DNA of 64,000 bases from Brevundimonas sp. GTDB lineage: Bacteria; Pseudomonadota; Alphaproteobacteria; Caulobacterales; Caulobacteraceae. The translations under genes and the position numbers were made by a program. A model generated the notes under the pieces. The model did no database searches and was not told the origin of the DNA. It worked only from the letters and a program-made list of their open reading frames with translations. Positions 37,188-45,401 of this stretch are shown one piece after another. The stretch covers positions 122,924-186,923 of the forward strand of contig NZ_JACVCG010000005.1 of the NCBI RefSeq assembly GCF_016742135.1, given 5' to 3'. Within the stretch, counting starts at the first letter, position 1. Every line of letters starts with the position of its first letter.

Positions 37188-37595
37188 TCAAAGGACAAGC
37201 CTGCGGATGCCGTCCTTAAGTCGCACGGAGTTGAAGTTTACCAGATAGCCGAGACGCACTCCTGAAAATCTCAGGTAAGTCAGAACCTGAGCCGAATGGA
37301 TCGACGCCAGGGCGTCGATCGCCTTGATTTCAACGACGACCGAACGCTCGACCAGAACATCGATGCGAAATCCGACATCAAGTCGAGCATCACGATAGCT
37401 GACGGGTACGCCTACCTGTCGCTCCGTCGCCAGGCCCGCGCTCTGCAATTCCTCTGCCAGGCAATGCTCGTAAACTGACTCCAGAAGGCCCGGCCCAAGA
37501 GAGTCATGAACAGAGAAGGCTGCCTTCAAAACGGCGGTGCCGACGTCGTTCACAGCGGCGGGGATCGGCTCGCGATCTCTGTGCTCTCCGTGCAT
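37188..37595 (-). CDS. GxxExxY protein (PD-(D/E)XK nuclease-like fold family)
   Basis: [17 protein letters not shown] contains the GxxExxY motif. The N-terminal MHGEHRDRE is encoded inside the flanking repeat. Sample 37301-37400 is 55% GC. Confidence 0.8.
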   Translation of the reverse strand: MHGEHRDREPIPAAVNDVGTAVLKAAFSVHDSLGPGLLESVYEHCLAEELQSAGLATERQVGVPVSYRDARLDVGFRIDVLVERSVVVEIKAIDALASIHSAQVLTYLRFSGVRLGYLVNFNSVRLKDGIRRLVL

Positions 37596-37625
37596 CCCCC
37601 GTGTCCTCCGTGAAGAACCGAACCT
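37577..37625 (-). repeat. R1-family repeat, right arm (inverted)
   Basis: Reverse complement is GGTTCGGTTCTTCACGGAGGACACGGGGGATGCACGGAGAGCACAGAG. Confidence 0.7.
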
Positions 37626-37635
37626 GCCTCACCCG

Positions 37636-38823
37636 TCAGCCGGCCTTGGACCGCGCGAATTCACAGGTCCGCTCGAACCGCGCGATGGCGTCGGCGGCGT
37701 CTTCGCGGGTGAAGTTGAGGGGGGGCAGCATGCGCACGCAGTTGTCGCCGCCGCCGGCCACCAGCAGCCGGGCCTCGTCGCGGGCCCAGCCCATGAATTC
37801 GCGGTTGTTGGGCTTGAGCTTGACCCCGATCAGCAGGCCCTTGCCGCGCACATCCTCGATCACATCGGGGTAGCGCTCCTGCAGACCGGCCAGCTGCTGC
37901 TTCAGATAGCCGGCGATCTCGCGCACATTCTCAAGCGTCTCGGGCTTCGAGATCTCGTCATAGGCGGCCAGGCCCACCGCCATGGCCAGCGGATTGCCGC
38001 CAAAGGTCGAGCCGTGCACCCCGACCGTCATGCCCCTGGCCGCCTTTTCCGAGGCCAGGCACGCCCCGATCGGGAAGCCGCCGCCCAGCGCCTTGGCGAT
38101 GGCCATGATGTCGGGCGCCATGCCGGCCCATTCATGGGCCCACAGCTTGCCCGTCCGGCCCATGCCGCACTGGACCTCGTCAAAGATGATCAGCACGCCG
38201 TGTTCGTCGCACAGCTCGCGCAGGCCGCGCAGGCAGACTTCGGGCACCGAGCGCGCCCCGCCCTCGCCCTGCACGGGCTCGAGGATGATGGCCGCCGTGT
38301 CCGGCCGGGCGATGGCCGCCTTGATCGCCTCATGGTCGCCGAAGGTCAGCTGCGAATAGCCGGGCAGGCGCGGGCCGAACCCCTCGACATAGTTGGGATT
38401 GCCGGCCGCATTGATGGCGCCATAGGTGCGGCCGTGGAACGAGCCGTCAAAGCCGTAGATCTCGATCCGCTCGGGCTGGCCGTTGGCGTGGTGATATTTG
38501 CGGGCGGTTTTCAGCGCGCACTCGACCGCTTCCGAGCCCGAGTTGGTGAAGAACACCGCATCGGCAAAGCTGTCGGCGCAAAGCCGGTCGGCCAGTTCTT
38601 CCTGACCCGGAATGCGGAAGATGTTCGAGACGTGCCACAGCTTTTCGGCCTGGTCCTTGACCGCCTGCACCAGCCGGGGGTGGGCGTGGCCCAGGGCATT
38701 GGTCGAAATGCCCGAGACGCAGTCCAGATAGACGGTGCCGTCCGTCGCATACAGGCGCGACCCCTTGCCATGGTCCACGGCCAGCGGCGCGCGGTTGTAG
38801 ACACCCATCAGATGGCTGGACAC
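37636..38823 (-). CDS. argD: acetylornithine aminotransferase
   Basis: Class III aminotransferase with FDEVQCGMGRTGKLWAHEW. GTG start at 38823. Confidence 0.95.
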   Translation of the reverse strand: MSSHLMGVYNRAPLAVDHGKGSRLYATDGTVYLDCVSGISTNALGHAHPRLVQAVKDQAEKLWHVSNIFRIPGQEELADRLCADSFADAVFFTNSGSEAVECALKTARKYHHANGQPERIEIYGFDGSFHGRTYGAINAAGNPNYVEGFGPRLPGYSQLTFGDHEAIKAAIARPDTAAIILEPVQGEGGARSVPEVCLRGLRELCDEHGVLIIFDEVQCGMGRTGKLWAHEWAGMAPDIMAIAKALGGGFPIGACLASEKAARGMTVGVHGSTFGGNPLAMAVGLAAYDEISKPETLENVREIAGYLKQQLAGLQERYPDVIEDVRGKGLLIGVKLKPNNREFMGWARDEARLLVAGGGDNCVRMLPPLNFTREDAADAIARFERTCEFARSKAG

Positions 38824-38944
38824 GGGATCAGACCTCCAAAAGACGAAGGCCCCGGCGCACGGACGGCACCGGGACCGATGAAACAGACCTTCGCCTTGTC
38901 CGCCTCCGCCCGGGCTTAGTCAACACCGGCCCGGATACGCCCGC

Positions 38945-39793
38945 TCAGCTCTTCAGCCGCCAGCCCGAGCGGAGCACGGCCCAGCAGATCACGGCGAACA
39001 CCACGGTCAGCACGCCCGCGGCCGCTCCGCCGATCAGCAGATTGCTCTCGGCCTGGCCGATGAAACCCGCCCGGAATCCGTCGATCAGATAGAAGAAGGG
39101 GTTGAAGCGGCTGAAGGTGGCGAACGGCTCGGGCAGGCGCTCGACCAGATAGAAGGCCCCCGACAGGAAGGTCAGCGGCATGACCACGAAATTCTGCACC
39201 GCCGACAGCTGGTCGAACTTCTCGCTCCACAGGCCGGCCAGGACCCCGACCATCCCCATCAGCAGGCAGGCGCAAAGGCCGAACCACAGGATCAGGCCGA
39301 GGTTCTGGATCTGCAGCTGCGCAAACGGCAGCACGCACAGCGCGGTCACCAGTCCGACCACCAGCCCCCGCGTCGCGGCGCCCAGGGTAAAGCCGATGGT
39401 CAGCTCCAGCGGGCTGAGCGGCGGGGTCAGGAAGTCGGTGGCCGTGCCCATGATCTTGGCCTGGATCAGGCTGGAGGAGGAGTTGGCAAAGGCGTTGTTC
39501 AGCATGGCCATCATGATCAGGCCCGGCGCCACGAATTCGGCAAACGGCGTGCCGTGCAGCGGCGGTCGTCCGCCCTCGAACGCCACCACGAACACCAGCA
39601 TATAGAGCAGCGTCGTCACCACCGGGGCGGCGACCGTCTGGGCCCCGACCTTCCAGAAGCGGCGCACCTCGCGCAGATACAGCGTCCAGACCCCGATGCC
39701 GTTGATCCCGGCATAGCGGCGCGGCACGGGCGGGCCCTTGGCGGCATCGGCGGTGGCAAGGTCAACGAGGGTCGAGGGCGCGTGTTCGGTCAT
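38945..39793 (-). CDS. ABC-2 type transporter permease (no adjacent ATPase)
   Basis: Six TM segments. YLREVRRFWKVGAQTVAAPV is a typical ABC-2 N-terminal region. Confidence 0.8.
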   Translation of the reverse strand: MTEHAPSTLVDLATADAAKGPPVPRRYAGINGIGVWTLYLREVRRFWKVGAQTVAAPVVTTLLYMLVFVVAFEGGRPPLHGTPFAEFVAPGLIMMAMLNNAFANSSSSLIQAKIMGTATDFLTPPLSPLELTIGFTLGAATRGLVVGLVTALCVLPFAQLQIQNLGLILWFGLCACLLMGMVGVLAGLWSEKFDQLSAVQNFVVMPLTFLSGAFYLVERLPEPFATFSRFNPFFYLIDGFRAGFIGQAESNLLIGGAAAGVLTVVFAVICWAVLRSGWRLKS

Positions 39794-39862
39794 GTCCGGC
39801 CAGATGCGCCCGATACCGCCCCGGTTCAAGGCGCGAGGGGCACAGCGGCCTCACCGAACACT

Positions 39863-39929
39863 GATTCAAGATGTGGTTTCTGTGGACACTCCGAATCGCA
39901 CATCTTGCGTCTGTTAACGAGAGGTTTAC
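39863..39929 (+). promoter_or_regulatory. gcrA upstream control region
   Basis: GANTC sites at 39863-39867 and 39893-39897. Perfect 9-bp inverted repeat CAAGATGTG (39867-39875) / CACATCTTG (39899-39907). DnaA-like TGTGGACAC at 39881-39889. TTAA-CGAGAGG-TTTAC at 39914-39929. Confidence 0.5.
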
Positions 39930-40003
39930 GACTGGTTGTGGGTCAGGCGCTCATGAGATGGCACCCGACGCAAGATATTGATCGACCACACCGGGAGGAT
40001 GGC

Positions 40004-40522
40004 ATGACCGCAGGCTGGACCGAGGACCGCGTTGGCGCACTGACCAAGCTCTGGCTTGAGGGACAGTCGGCCAGCCAGATCGCCAAGGCGCTGGGCGGCG
40101 GGGTCACCCGCAATGCCGTGATCGGCAAGGTGCACCGTCTGGGCCTGTCGGGGCGGGCCGCGCCCAGCCAGCCGGCCCGCACCACCTATCGCCCGACCCG
40201 CCCGCGCGCGGCGGCCCCCGCCCCGGCCCAGCCCTCGGCCCCGCGCCGGATCGAGGCCGCCCAGCCGCGACCCGTCGCCCCGCCACGGCCCGAGCCCGCG
40301 CCCGAGCTGCCGGGTACCGCCACGGTCATGACCCTGGGCGCCCATATGTGCAAATGGCCGATCGGCGATCCGTCCTCGACCGAGTTCAGCTTCTGCGGTC
40401 GCCGCGCCTCGGAAGGCGTCTATTGCGTCGAGCACGCCCGGGTCGCCTACCAGCCCCAGGTCAAGCGCGGCGGCAAGGACGGCAGCACGGACCTGGCCCG
40501 TTCGCTTCGGCGGTACATTTAA
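40004..40522 (+). CDS. gcrA: cell cycle transcriptional regulator GcrA
   Basis: GGGAGG SD. W-TEDRVGALTKLWLEGQSASQIAKALGGGVTRNAVIGKVHRLGL and C-terminal CKWPIGDP...FCG...YCVEHARVAY. Confidence 0.92.
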   Translation: MTAGWTEDRVGALTKLWLEGQSASQIAKALGGGVTRNAVIGKVHRLGLSGRAAPSQPARTTYRPTRPRAAAPAPAQPSAPRRIEAAQPRPVAPPRPEPAPELPGTATVMTLGAHMCKWPIGDPSSTEFSFCGRRASEGVYCVEHARVAYQPQVKRGGKDGSTDLARSLRRYI

Positions 40523-40524
40523 GC

Positions 40525-40565
40525 GCGCTATCGCTCGCCTCGCGGAGGCTCGCTGCTTGAGCGCG
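40525..40565 (+). repeat. 41-nt direct repeat copy 1 (GCGCTATCGCTCGCCTCGCGGAGGCTCGCTGCTTGAGCGCG)
   Basis: 38/41 identical to 40681-40721. Starts 3 nt after the gcrA stop. Confidence 0.75.
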
Positions 40566-40680
40566 GCGAGCGGCTGTGGGGCCACCACCCCCTCGTCTGG
40601 CGTGTTCGCGCCGGGCGAGCCTTCGGGGGGCGGGGCTGCGGTTCTCCGGGTTGACGCAGCCCCGGCCTCGAAAATTTGGG

Positions 40681-40721
40681 GCGCTAACGCTCGCCGCGCG
40701 GCGGCTCGCTGCTTGAGCGCG
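40681..40721 (+). repeat. 41-nt direct repeat copy 2
   Basis: GCGCTAACGCTCGCCGCGCGGCGGCTCGCTGCTTGAGCGCG, abutting the apaG stop codon. Confidence 0.75.
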
Positions 40722-41126
40722 CTAGTTCAGCGTTCGGGCGCCCGGCACATCCAGGCTGAAGGCGGGGATTTCCGCCTCGAACCGTTCGCCGTCGGGCGTT
40801 TCCATCACATAACTTCCGCGCATCGACCCCGAGGGCGTCGGCAGCGGACAGCCCGAGGCATAGCTGTGGCTGTCGCCGGGCGCGATGACCGGCTGTTCGC
40901 CGACCACGCCGTCGCCGATCACCACCTCTTCGCGGCCCGTGGCATCGGTGATGATCCAGTGGCGCGACTTGAGCTGCACCGGCACCCCGGTCAGATTGAC
41001 GATCTCGATCTGATAGGCCCAGACCCACAGGCCCTCATCGGGGTTCGAGCGCCCGGCCAGATAGCTGGGCTGGACCTTGACGCGGACGCCCCGGGTTTCG
41101 GCGGTATAGGCGGCACTCTCATACAT
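40722..41126 (-). CDS. apaG: ApaG (DUF525) protein
   Basis: MYESAAYTAETRGVRVKVQPSYL...WAYQIEIVN...QLKSRHWIITDA. Only the last 134 codons of the 500-aa track ORF are real. Confidence 0.9.
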   Translation of the reverse strand: MYESAAYTAETRGVRVKVQPSYLAGRSNPDEGLWVWAYQIEIVNLTGVPVQLKSRHWIITDATGREEVVIGDGVVGEQPVIAPGDSHSYASGCPLPTPSGSMRGSYVMETPDGERFEAEIPAFSLDVPGARTLN

Positions 41127-41210
41127 GCCCCCATGCTCGCCCCGCCGCGCGCGCGCCGCAAGCCGTTTCAGCTTGACGACTCGCCCGGAAATCCGTGGAA
41201 GACTGGGGCC

Positions 41211-42236
41211 ATGACCTTTACCGCTTCCCGCCCCGGCATCCTGCCCTGCCAGGCCATCGACACCCTGATCGCCGCCGGCGCCGTGACCTCGGACACGCCC
41301 TTTGATGCGGATCAGGTCCAGCCCGCCAGCCTCGACCTGCGCCTGTCCGACCGGGGCTGGCGGGTGCGCGCCTCCTTCCTGCCGGGCGAGCGCACGGTCG
41401 AGACCCGCATCCAGGATGTGGTCATGCACACCATCGACCTCGACGGCGGGGCGGTGCTGGAAAAGGGCTGCGTCTATATCGTCAAGCTGCAGGAGCGGCT
41501 CAGCCTGCCGAAGGGCGTCGTCGCCCGCGCCAATCCGAAAAGCTCGACCGGCCGCGTCGATGTGTTCGTCCGCCTGATGACCGACCGAGGCGCCACCTTT
41601 GACGATGTGGCCGAGGGCTATGACGGGCCCCTCTATCTGGAGATCGCGCCCCAGACCTTTTCCGTGCTGGTGCGGCCCGGCACCCGGCTGAACCAGCTGC
41701 GGCTCAAGGCGGGCGAGCCGCCGCGTCTGGAAACCCGCAGCGTCGGCGTCGATCTGGCCTTCGAGAATGAGGGCGGCATCGTCGGCTATCGCGGGCGTCG
41801 CCACGCCGGACTGATCGATCTGGACAAGGTCAACGGCCACGACCCCGCCGACTTCTGGGAGCCGCTGCGCGCCCAACGCGGCGAGCTGATGCTGGACCCC
41901 GGCGAATTCTACATTCTGGCCTCGCGCGAAGCCGTCGAGATCCCGGTCGACCAGGCCGCCGAAATGACCCCCATCGACCCCTCGGTCGGCGAGTTCCGCG
42001 TCCACTATGCCGGCTTCTTCGACCCCGGCTTCGGCACCGACGAGGCGCACGGTGCGGGCTCGAAAGGCGTGCTCGAGGTCCGCACCCACGACACCCCCTT
42101 CATGCTGGAACACGGCCAGATCGTCGCCCGCCTGGTCTATGAACCCCTGACCGAACGCCCCGACCGCCTCTACGGCGAAGGCGGCAGCCACTACCAGAGC
42201 CAGGGCCTGAAGCTCAGCAAGCATTTCCGGGCTTGA
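41211..42236 (+). CDS. dcd: 2'-deoxycytidine 5'-triphosphate deaminase (long form)
   Basis: ATG 41211. LDLRL...ANPKSSTGRVDVF...EFRVHYAGFFDPGFG is typical of the roughly 340-aa alphaproteobacterial DCD family. Confidence 0.8.
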   Translation: MTFTASRPGILPCQAIDTLIAAGAVTSDTPFDADQVQPASLDLRLSDRGWRVRASFLPGERTVETRIQDVVMHTIDLDGGAVLEKGCVYIVKLQERLSLPKGVVARANPKSSTGRVDVFVRLMTDRGATFDDVAEGYDGPLYLEIAPQTFSVLVRPGTRLNQLRLKAGEPPRLETRSVGVDLAFENEGGIVGYRGRRHAGLIDLDKVNGHDPADFWEPLRAQRGELMLDPGEFYILASREAVEIPVDQAAEMTPIDPSVGEFRVHYAGFFDPGFGTDEAHGAGSKGVLEVRTHDTPFMLEHGQIVARLVYEPLTERPDRLYGEGGSHYQSQGLKLSKHFRA

Positions 42237-42240
42237 TATC

Positions 42241-42371
42241 CTCCCCCTAGCGAAGCGTATGGGGGAGGGGGACCGCCGAAGGCGGTGGAGGGGGCAAGCC
42301 CGATCCGGACCGCTTGTATTTCGCCCCCTCCACCACTGCGTGGTCCCCCTCCCCCGCTACGCAGGGGAGGA
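42241..42371. repeat. two inverted REP-like hairpin units forming a 131-nt composite palindrome
   Basis: Left arm 42261-42295 is GGGGGAGGGGGACCGCCGAAGGCGGTGGAGGGGGC. Reverse complement of the right arm 42323-42355 is GGGGGAGGGGGACCACGCAGTGGTGGAGGGGGC. Lies between convergent dcd and an MFS gene. Confidence 0.8.
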
Positions 42372-43640
42372 TCACTCCAGCCTGTCCGCCTTGCGCAAAT
42401 CCGGGAACATCCTGGCCCAGATGCCCGTCGAGGCCAGCGCGCCGAACCCGCCGAATACCGCCGCGCCCACGGGGCCGAGGATCCGCACCATCACGCCGGA
42501 ATAGGCCTCGCCCAGTTCGTTGGAGGCGCCGATGAACAGCATGGAGACCGAGCTGACGCGGCCGCGCATATGATCCGGCGTGGCCAGCTGGATCAGGGTC
42601 TGGCGGATGTTGACGCTGATCATATCGGCGGCACCGCCGATCAGCAGCACCAGCGCCGACAGCCAGGCCATCCGCGACAGGCCGAAGGTCAGGGTGCAGA
42701 GGCCAAACACGGCGACCGCCGCCAGCATCCAGGTGCCGCCATTCCGCGTGATCGGAAACCGGCTGAGCCAGACCGCCATCAACAGCGCCCCGACCCCGAA
42801 GGAGGCACGCAGCAGGCCGAACCCCAGCGCCCCCACATGCAGAATGTCGCGCGCGAACACCGGGGTCAGCAGGGCCACCCCCGCAAACATGACCACCACC
42901 AGATCCAGCGAAATGGCGCCCAGCACAATCTTGGTCTTCCACACATAGCGCAGGCCCTCGGTCACGGCCTGCAGCCGCGTCAGCCCCGTCTGGATGACCG
43001 GCGGGCGACCCGAGGTGCGGATCAGCAAGAGCGAGGTGACCGCCACCGCAAACATCGCCGCCGACACCCCATAGGCCAGCGGCACCGACAGGCCGACGAT
43101 CAGCCCGCCCAGCGCCGGCCCGGCGATGGCCCCGGTCTGAAAGGCGATCGACTGGGCGGCAATGGCCGGGGCCAGCGCCCGGCGTCCAACCACCATGGGC
43201 AGGAAGGCCTGGGTTGCGGGAGCCAGAAACGCGCGTGCCGCACCAAAGACGGCGGCAATGGCCAGCAGCCCCCACAGCGGTGGATCGCCCCGGAGCGCCA
43301 GCGCGAGGAAGGCGGCCGCACAGCTGCCCTCGACCAGAATGGACAGGATGACCGTCGTCTTGCGGTCGCGCCGGTCGGCCATGGCTCCGGCCGGCAGGGT
43401 CAGGGCCAGCAGCGGCAGGAATTGCGCCAGCCCCACCAGCCCCAGATACAGGCTGGCCTGTTCGATCGGATGGTCGCGCCGGGCGATCTCATAGACCTGC
43501 CACAACAGGGCCGAGGACTGGATCTGGATGCCCAGCACAGCACTCAGCCGCCCCAGCCACAGCCAGCGGAAATCAGGCACCGACCAGGGACTGGCCGGGC
43601 CTTCGCTCAACGGGGAGGCGTCGGGTCGCTCGTCGGTCAC
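42372..43640 (-). CDS. MFS transporter
   Basis: About 12 TM segments. FRWLWLGRLSAVLG and MADRRDRK are MFS-type motifs. GTG start overlaps the cupin stop (GTGA). Confidence 0.85.
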   Translation of the reverse strand: MTDERPDASPLSEGPASPWSVPDFRWLWLGRLSAVLGIQIQSSALLWQVYEIARRDHPIEQASLYLGLVGLAQFLPLLALTLPAGAMADRRDRKTTVILSILVEGSCAAAFLALALRGDPPLWGLLAIAAVFGAARAFLAPATQAFLPMVVGRRALAPAIAAQSIAFQTGAIAGPALGGLIVGLSVPLAYGVSAAMFAVAVTSLLLIRTSGRPPVIQTGLTRLQAVTEGLRYVWKTKIVLGAISLDLVVVMFAGVALLTPVFARDILHVGALGFGLLRASFGVGALLMAVWLSRFPITRNGGTWMLAAVAVFGLCTLTFGLSRMAWLSALVLLIGGAADMISVNIRQTLIQLATPDHMRGRVSSVSMLFIGASNELGEAYSGVMVRILGPVGAAVFGGFGALASTGIWARMFPDLRKADRLE

Positions 43641-44107
43641 GTCCGGCGATCAGCCTTGGGATAGGGCGTGCCGTCGCGGTGCGAGAACACGCCCGAGCGG
43701 AAGGTCATGTCTATGTCGGGATATTCGCCGTGGTCCCCGCCCGGCTTCCGCGTGCCGACCTCCAGCAGGACGGCGTCGGCGTCGCTGCGGTTCTCCAGCT
43801 TGTGGCCGTTTTTGACCCCCGCCTTGAACCCGGCGCAGTCGCCGGCGCGCAGGATCGTCTCGCCCTCGTCTTCCACCAGCACCACCTCGCCCGACAGCAC
43901 CCAGACGAATTCGTCCTCGCCCGCATGCCAGTGGCGCTGGCTGGACCAGGCGCCGGGCGGCAGGGTCAGATGGTTCACGCCGAACTGGTCCAGCCCCACG
44001 GCATCGCCCAGGCGCAGTCGCCGACGCGCCTTGCACGGTCCGGCGTGTTCCTCGGGGTAGGTGGTGCCATCGGCCCGGGGGGCGGTGTTCAGATCGATGC
44101 GGGGCAT
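43637..44107 (-). CDS. cupin domain protein
   Basis: HWHAGEDEFVWVLSGEVVLVEDEGETILRAGDCAGF is a cupin motif. Confidence 0.8.
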   Translation of the reverse strand: MPRIDLNTAPRADGTTYPEEHAGPCKARRRLRLGDAVGLDQFGVNHLTLPPGAWSSQRHWHAGEDEFVWVLSGEVVLVEDEGETILRAGDCAGFKAGVKNGHKLENRSDADAVLLEVGTRKPGGDHGEYPDIDMTFRSGVFSHRDGTPYPKADRRT

Positions 44108-44150
44108 GGGGTCTTCTCGCAGGTGCTGACACCTCCTAAAGCATGGAGCC

Positions 44151-45311
44151 ATGCACGCACCAGCCCGCCTGATCGATCCCGTCGACCTGACCCGCGACCT
44201 GATCCGCAGTCCGTCCGTCACCCCGGTCGATGCCGGGGCGATGGCGACGCTGAAAGCGGCGCTGGAGGGGCTGGGCTTCACCTGCCGCGATATGCCGTTC
44301 GAGGGCACGCCGAACCTCTATGCGCGGCGGGGCAGCGATGGCCCCAACCTCTGCTTCGCCGGCCACACCGATGTGGTGCCGACCGGCACGGTTGCCGCCT
44401 GGTCGCACGATCCCTTTGCCGCCGAGGTCCGTGACGGCGTGCTGTATGGCCGGGGCGCCGTGGACATGAAGGGCGGCATCGCCTGCTGGGTCGCTGCCGT
44501 CTCGCGCATTCTGGCCGCGGGCGGCGTGCCCGGCTCGCTGTCCTTCCTGATCACCGGCGACGAGGAGGGCCCCGCCCTGCACGGCACCAAACTGGTCGTT
44601 GAGCAGCTCATGGCCGAGGGCGAGCGGATCGACGCCTGTGTGGTGGGCGAGCCCTCCTCCTCCCAACGGCTCGGCGACATGATCAAGGTCGGGCGGCGCG
44701 GCTCGCTGAACAGCTGGATCACGGTCAAGGGCCGTCAGGGCCACGTCGCCTATCCCGACCGGGCCGCCAATCCGGTGCCGGTGCTGGTCCGCCTGCTGAA
44801 CCGGCTGGCCGAGGCGCATCTGGACGACGGCTATCCCGAGTTCCCGCCCTCCAATCTGGAGATCACCACGGTCGACGTCGGCAATCCCGCCTCCAACGTC
44901 ATTCCGGCCGAGGCGACGGCCCGGCTGAACATCCGCTTCAATCCGACCCACACCGGCGATGACCTGATCGCCTGGCTGGACGAACAGGCGCAGGCGGTCG
45001 CAGCCGAGACCGGTCTGGCCATTTCGCTGGAGCATCTGTGCTCGGGCGACGCCTTTCTAACTGACCGGGGCCCGCTGGTCGAGGCTGTCGAGGCCGCCGT
45101 AGAGGATGTCGAGGGCATCCGACCCGAAAGCTCGACCACCGGCGGCACCTCCGACGCCCGCTTCATCCGCGCGCTCTGCCCGGTTCTGGAGCTGGGTCTG
45201 GTCGGCCAGACCATGCACCAGATCGACGAACAGGTGCCGGTCGCCCAGCTGGAGTCCCTGACCGATATCTACACCGCCGTGATCCGCACCTGGTTCGCGC
45301 GGACAGCCTGA
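44151..45311 (+). CDS. dapE: succinyl-diaminopimelate desuccinylase
   Basis: FAGHTDVVPTG, GDEEG and the M20 peptidase dimerisation domain. Confidence 0.9.
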   Translation: MHAPARLIDPVDLTRDLIRSPSVTPVDAGAMATLKAALEGLGFTCRDMPFEGTPNLYARRGSDGPNLCFAGHTDVVPTGTVAAWSHDPFAAEVRDGVLYGRGAVDMKGGIACWVAAVSRILAAGGVPGSLSFLITGDEEGPALHGTKLVVEQLMAEGERIDACVVGEPSSSQRLGDMIKVGRRGSLNSWITVKGRQGHVAYPDRAANPVPVLVRLLNRLAEAHLDDGYPEFPPSNLEITTVDVGNPASNVIPAEATARLNIRFNPTHTGDDLIAWLDEQAQAVAAETGLAISLEHLCSGDAFLTDRGPLVEAVEAAVEDVEGIRPESSTTGGTSDARFIRALCPVLELGLVGQTMHQIDEQVPVAQLESLTDIYTAVIRTWFARTA

Positions 45312-45401
45312 CCCCGCCGGAAACCCGACGCCACACGAATTGATCCGCCCCCGGCATCCTGAGACTGGCCACGGCGCTGCCCCCGGGCCTATCGAGGGAG
45401 C

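Noticed and set aside
38945-39793. Lone ABC-2 permease as part of a novel transporter system.
   Set aside because: Orphan ABC-2 permeases with the ATPase encoded elsewhere are common. Nothing else in the neighbourhood supports a system.
40722-42224. 500-aa minus-strand ORF spanning apaG and the antisense of dcd.
   Set aside because: Only the last 134 codons (from ATG 41126) form ApaG. The upstream part is antisense to the well-supported dcd gene and looks like shadow sequence.
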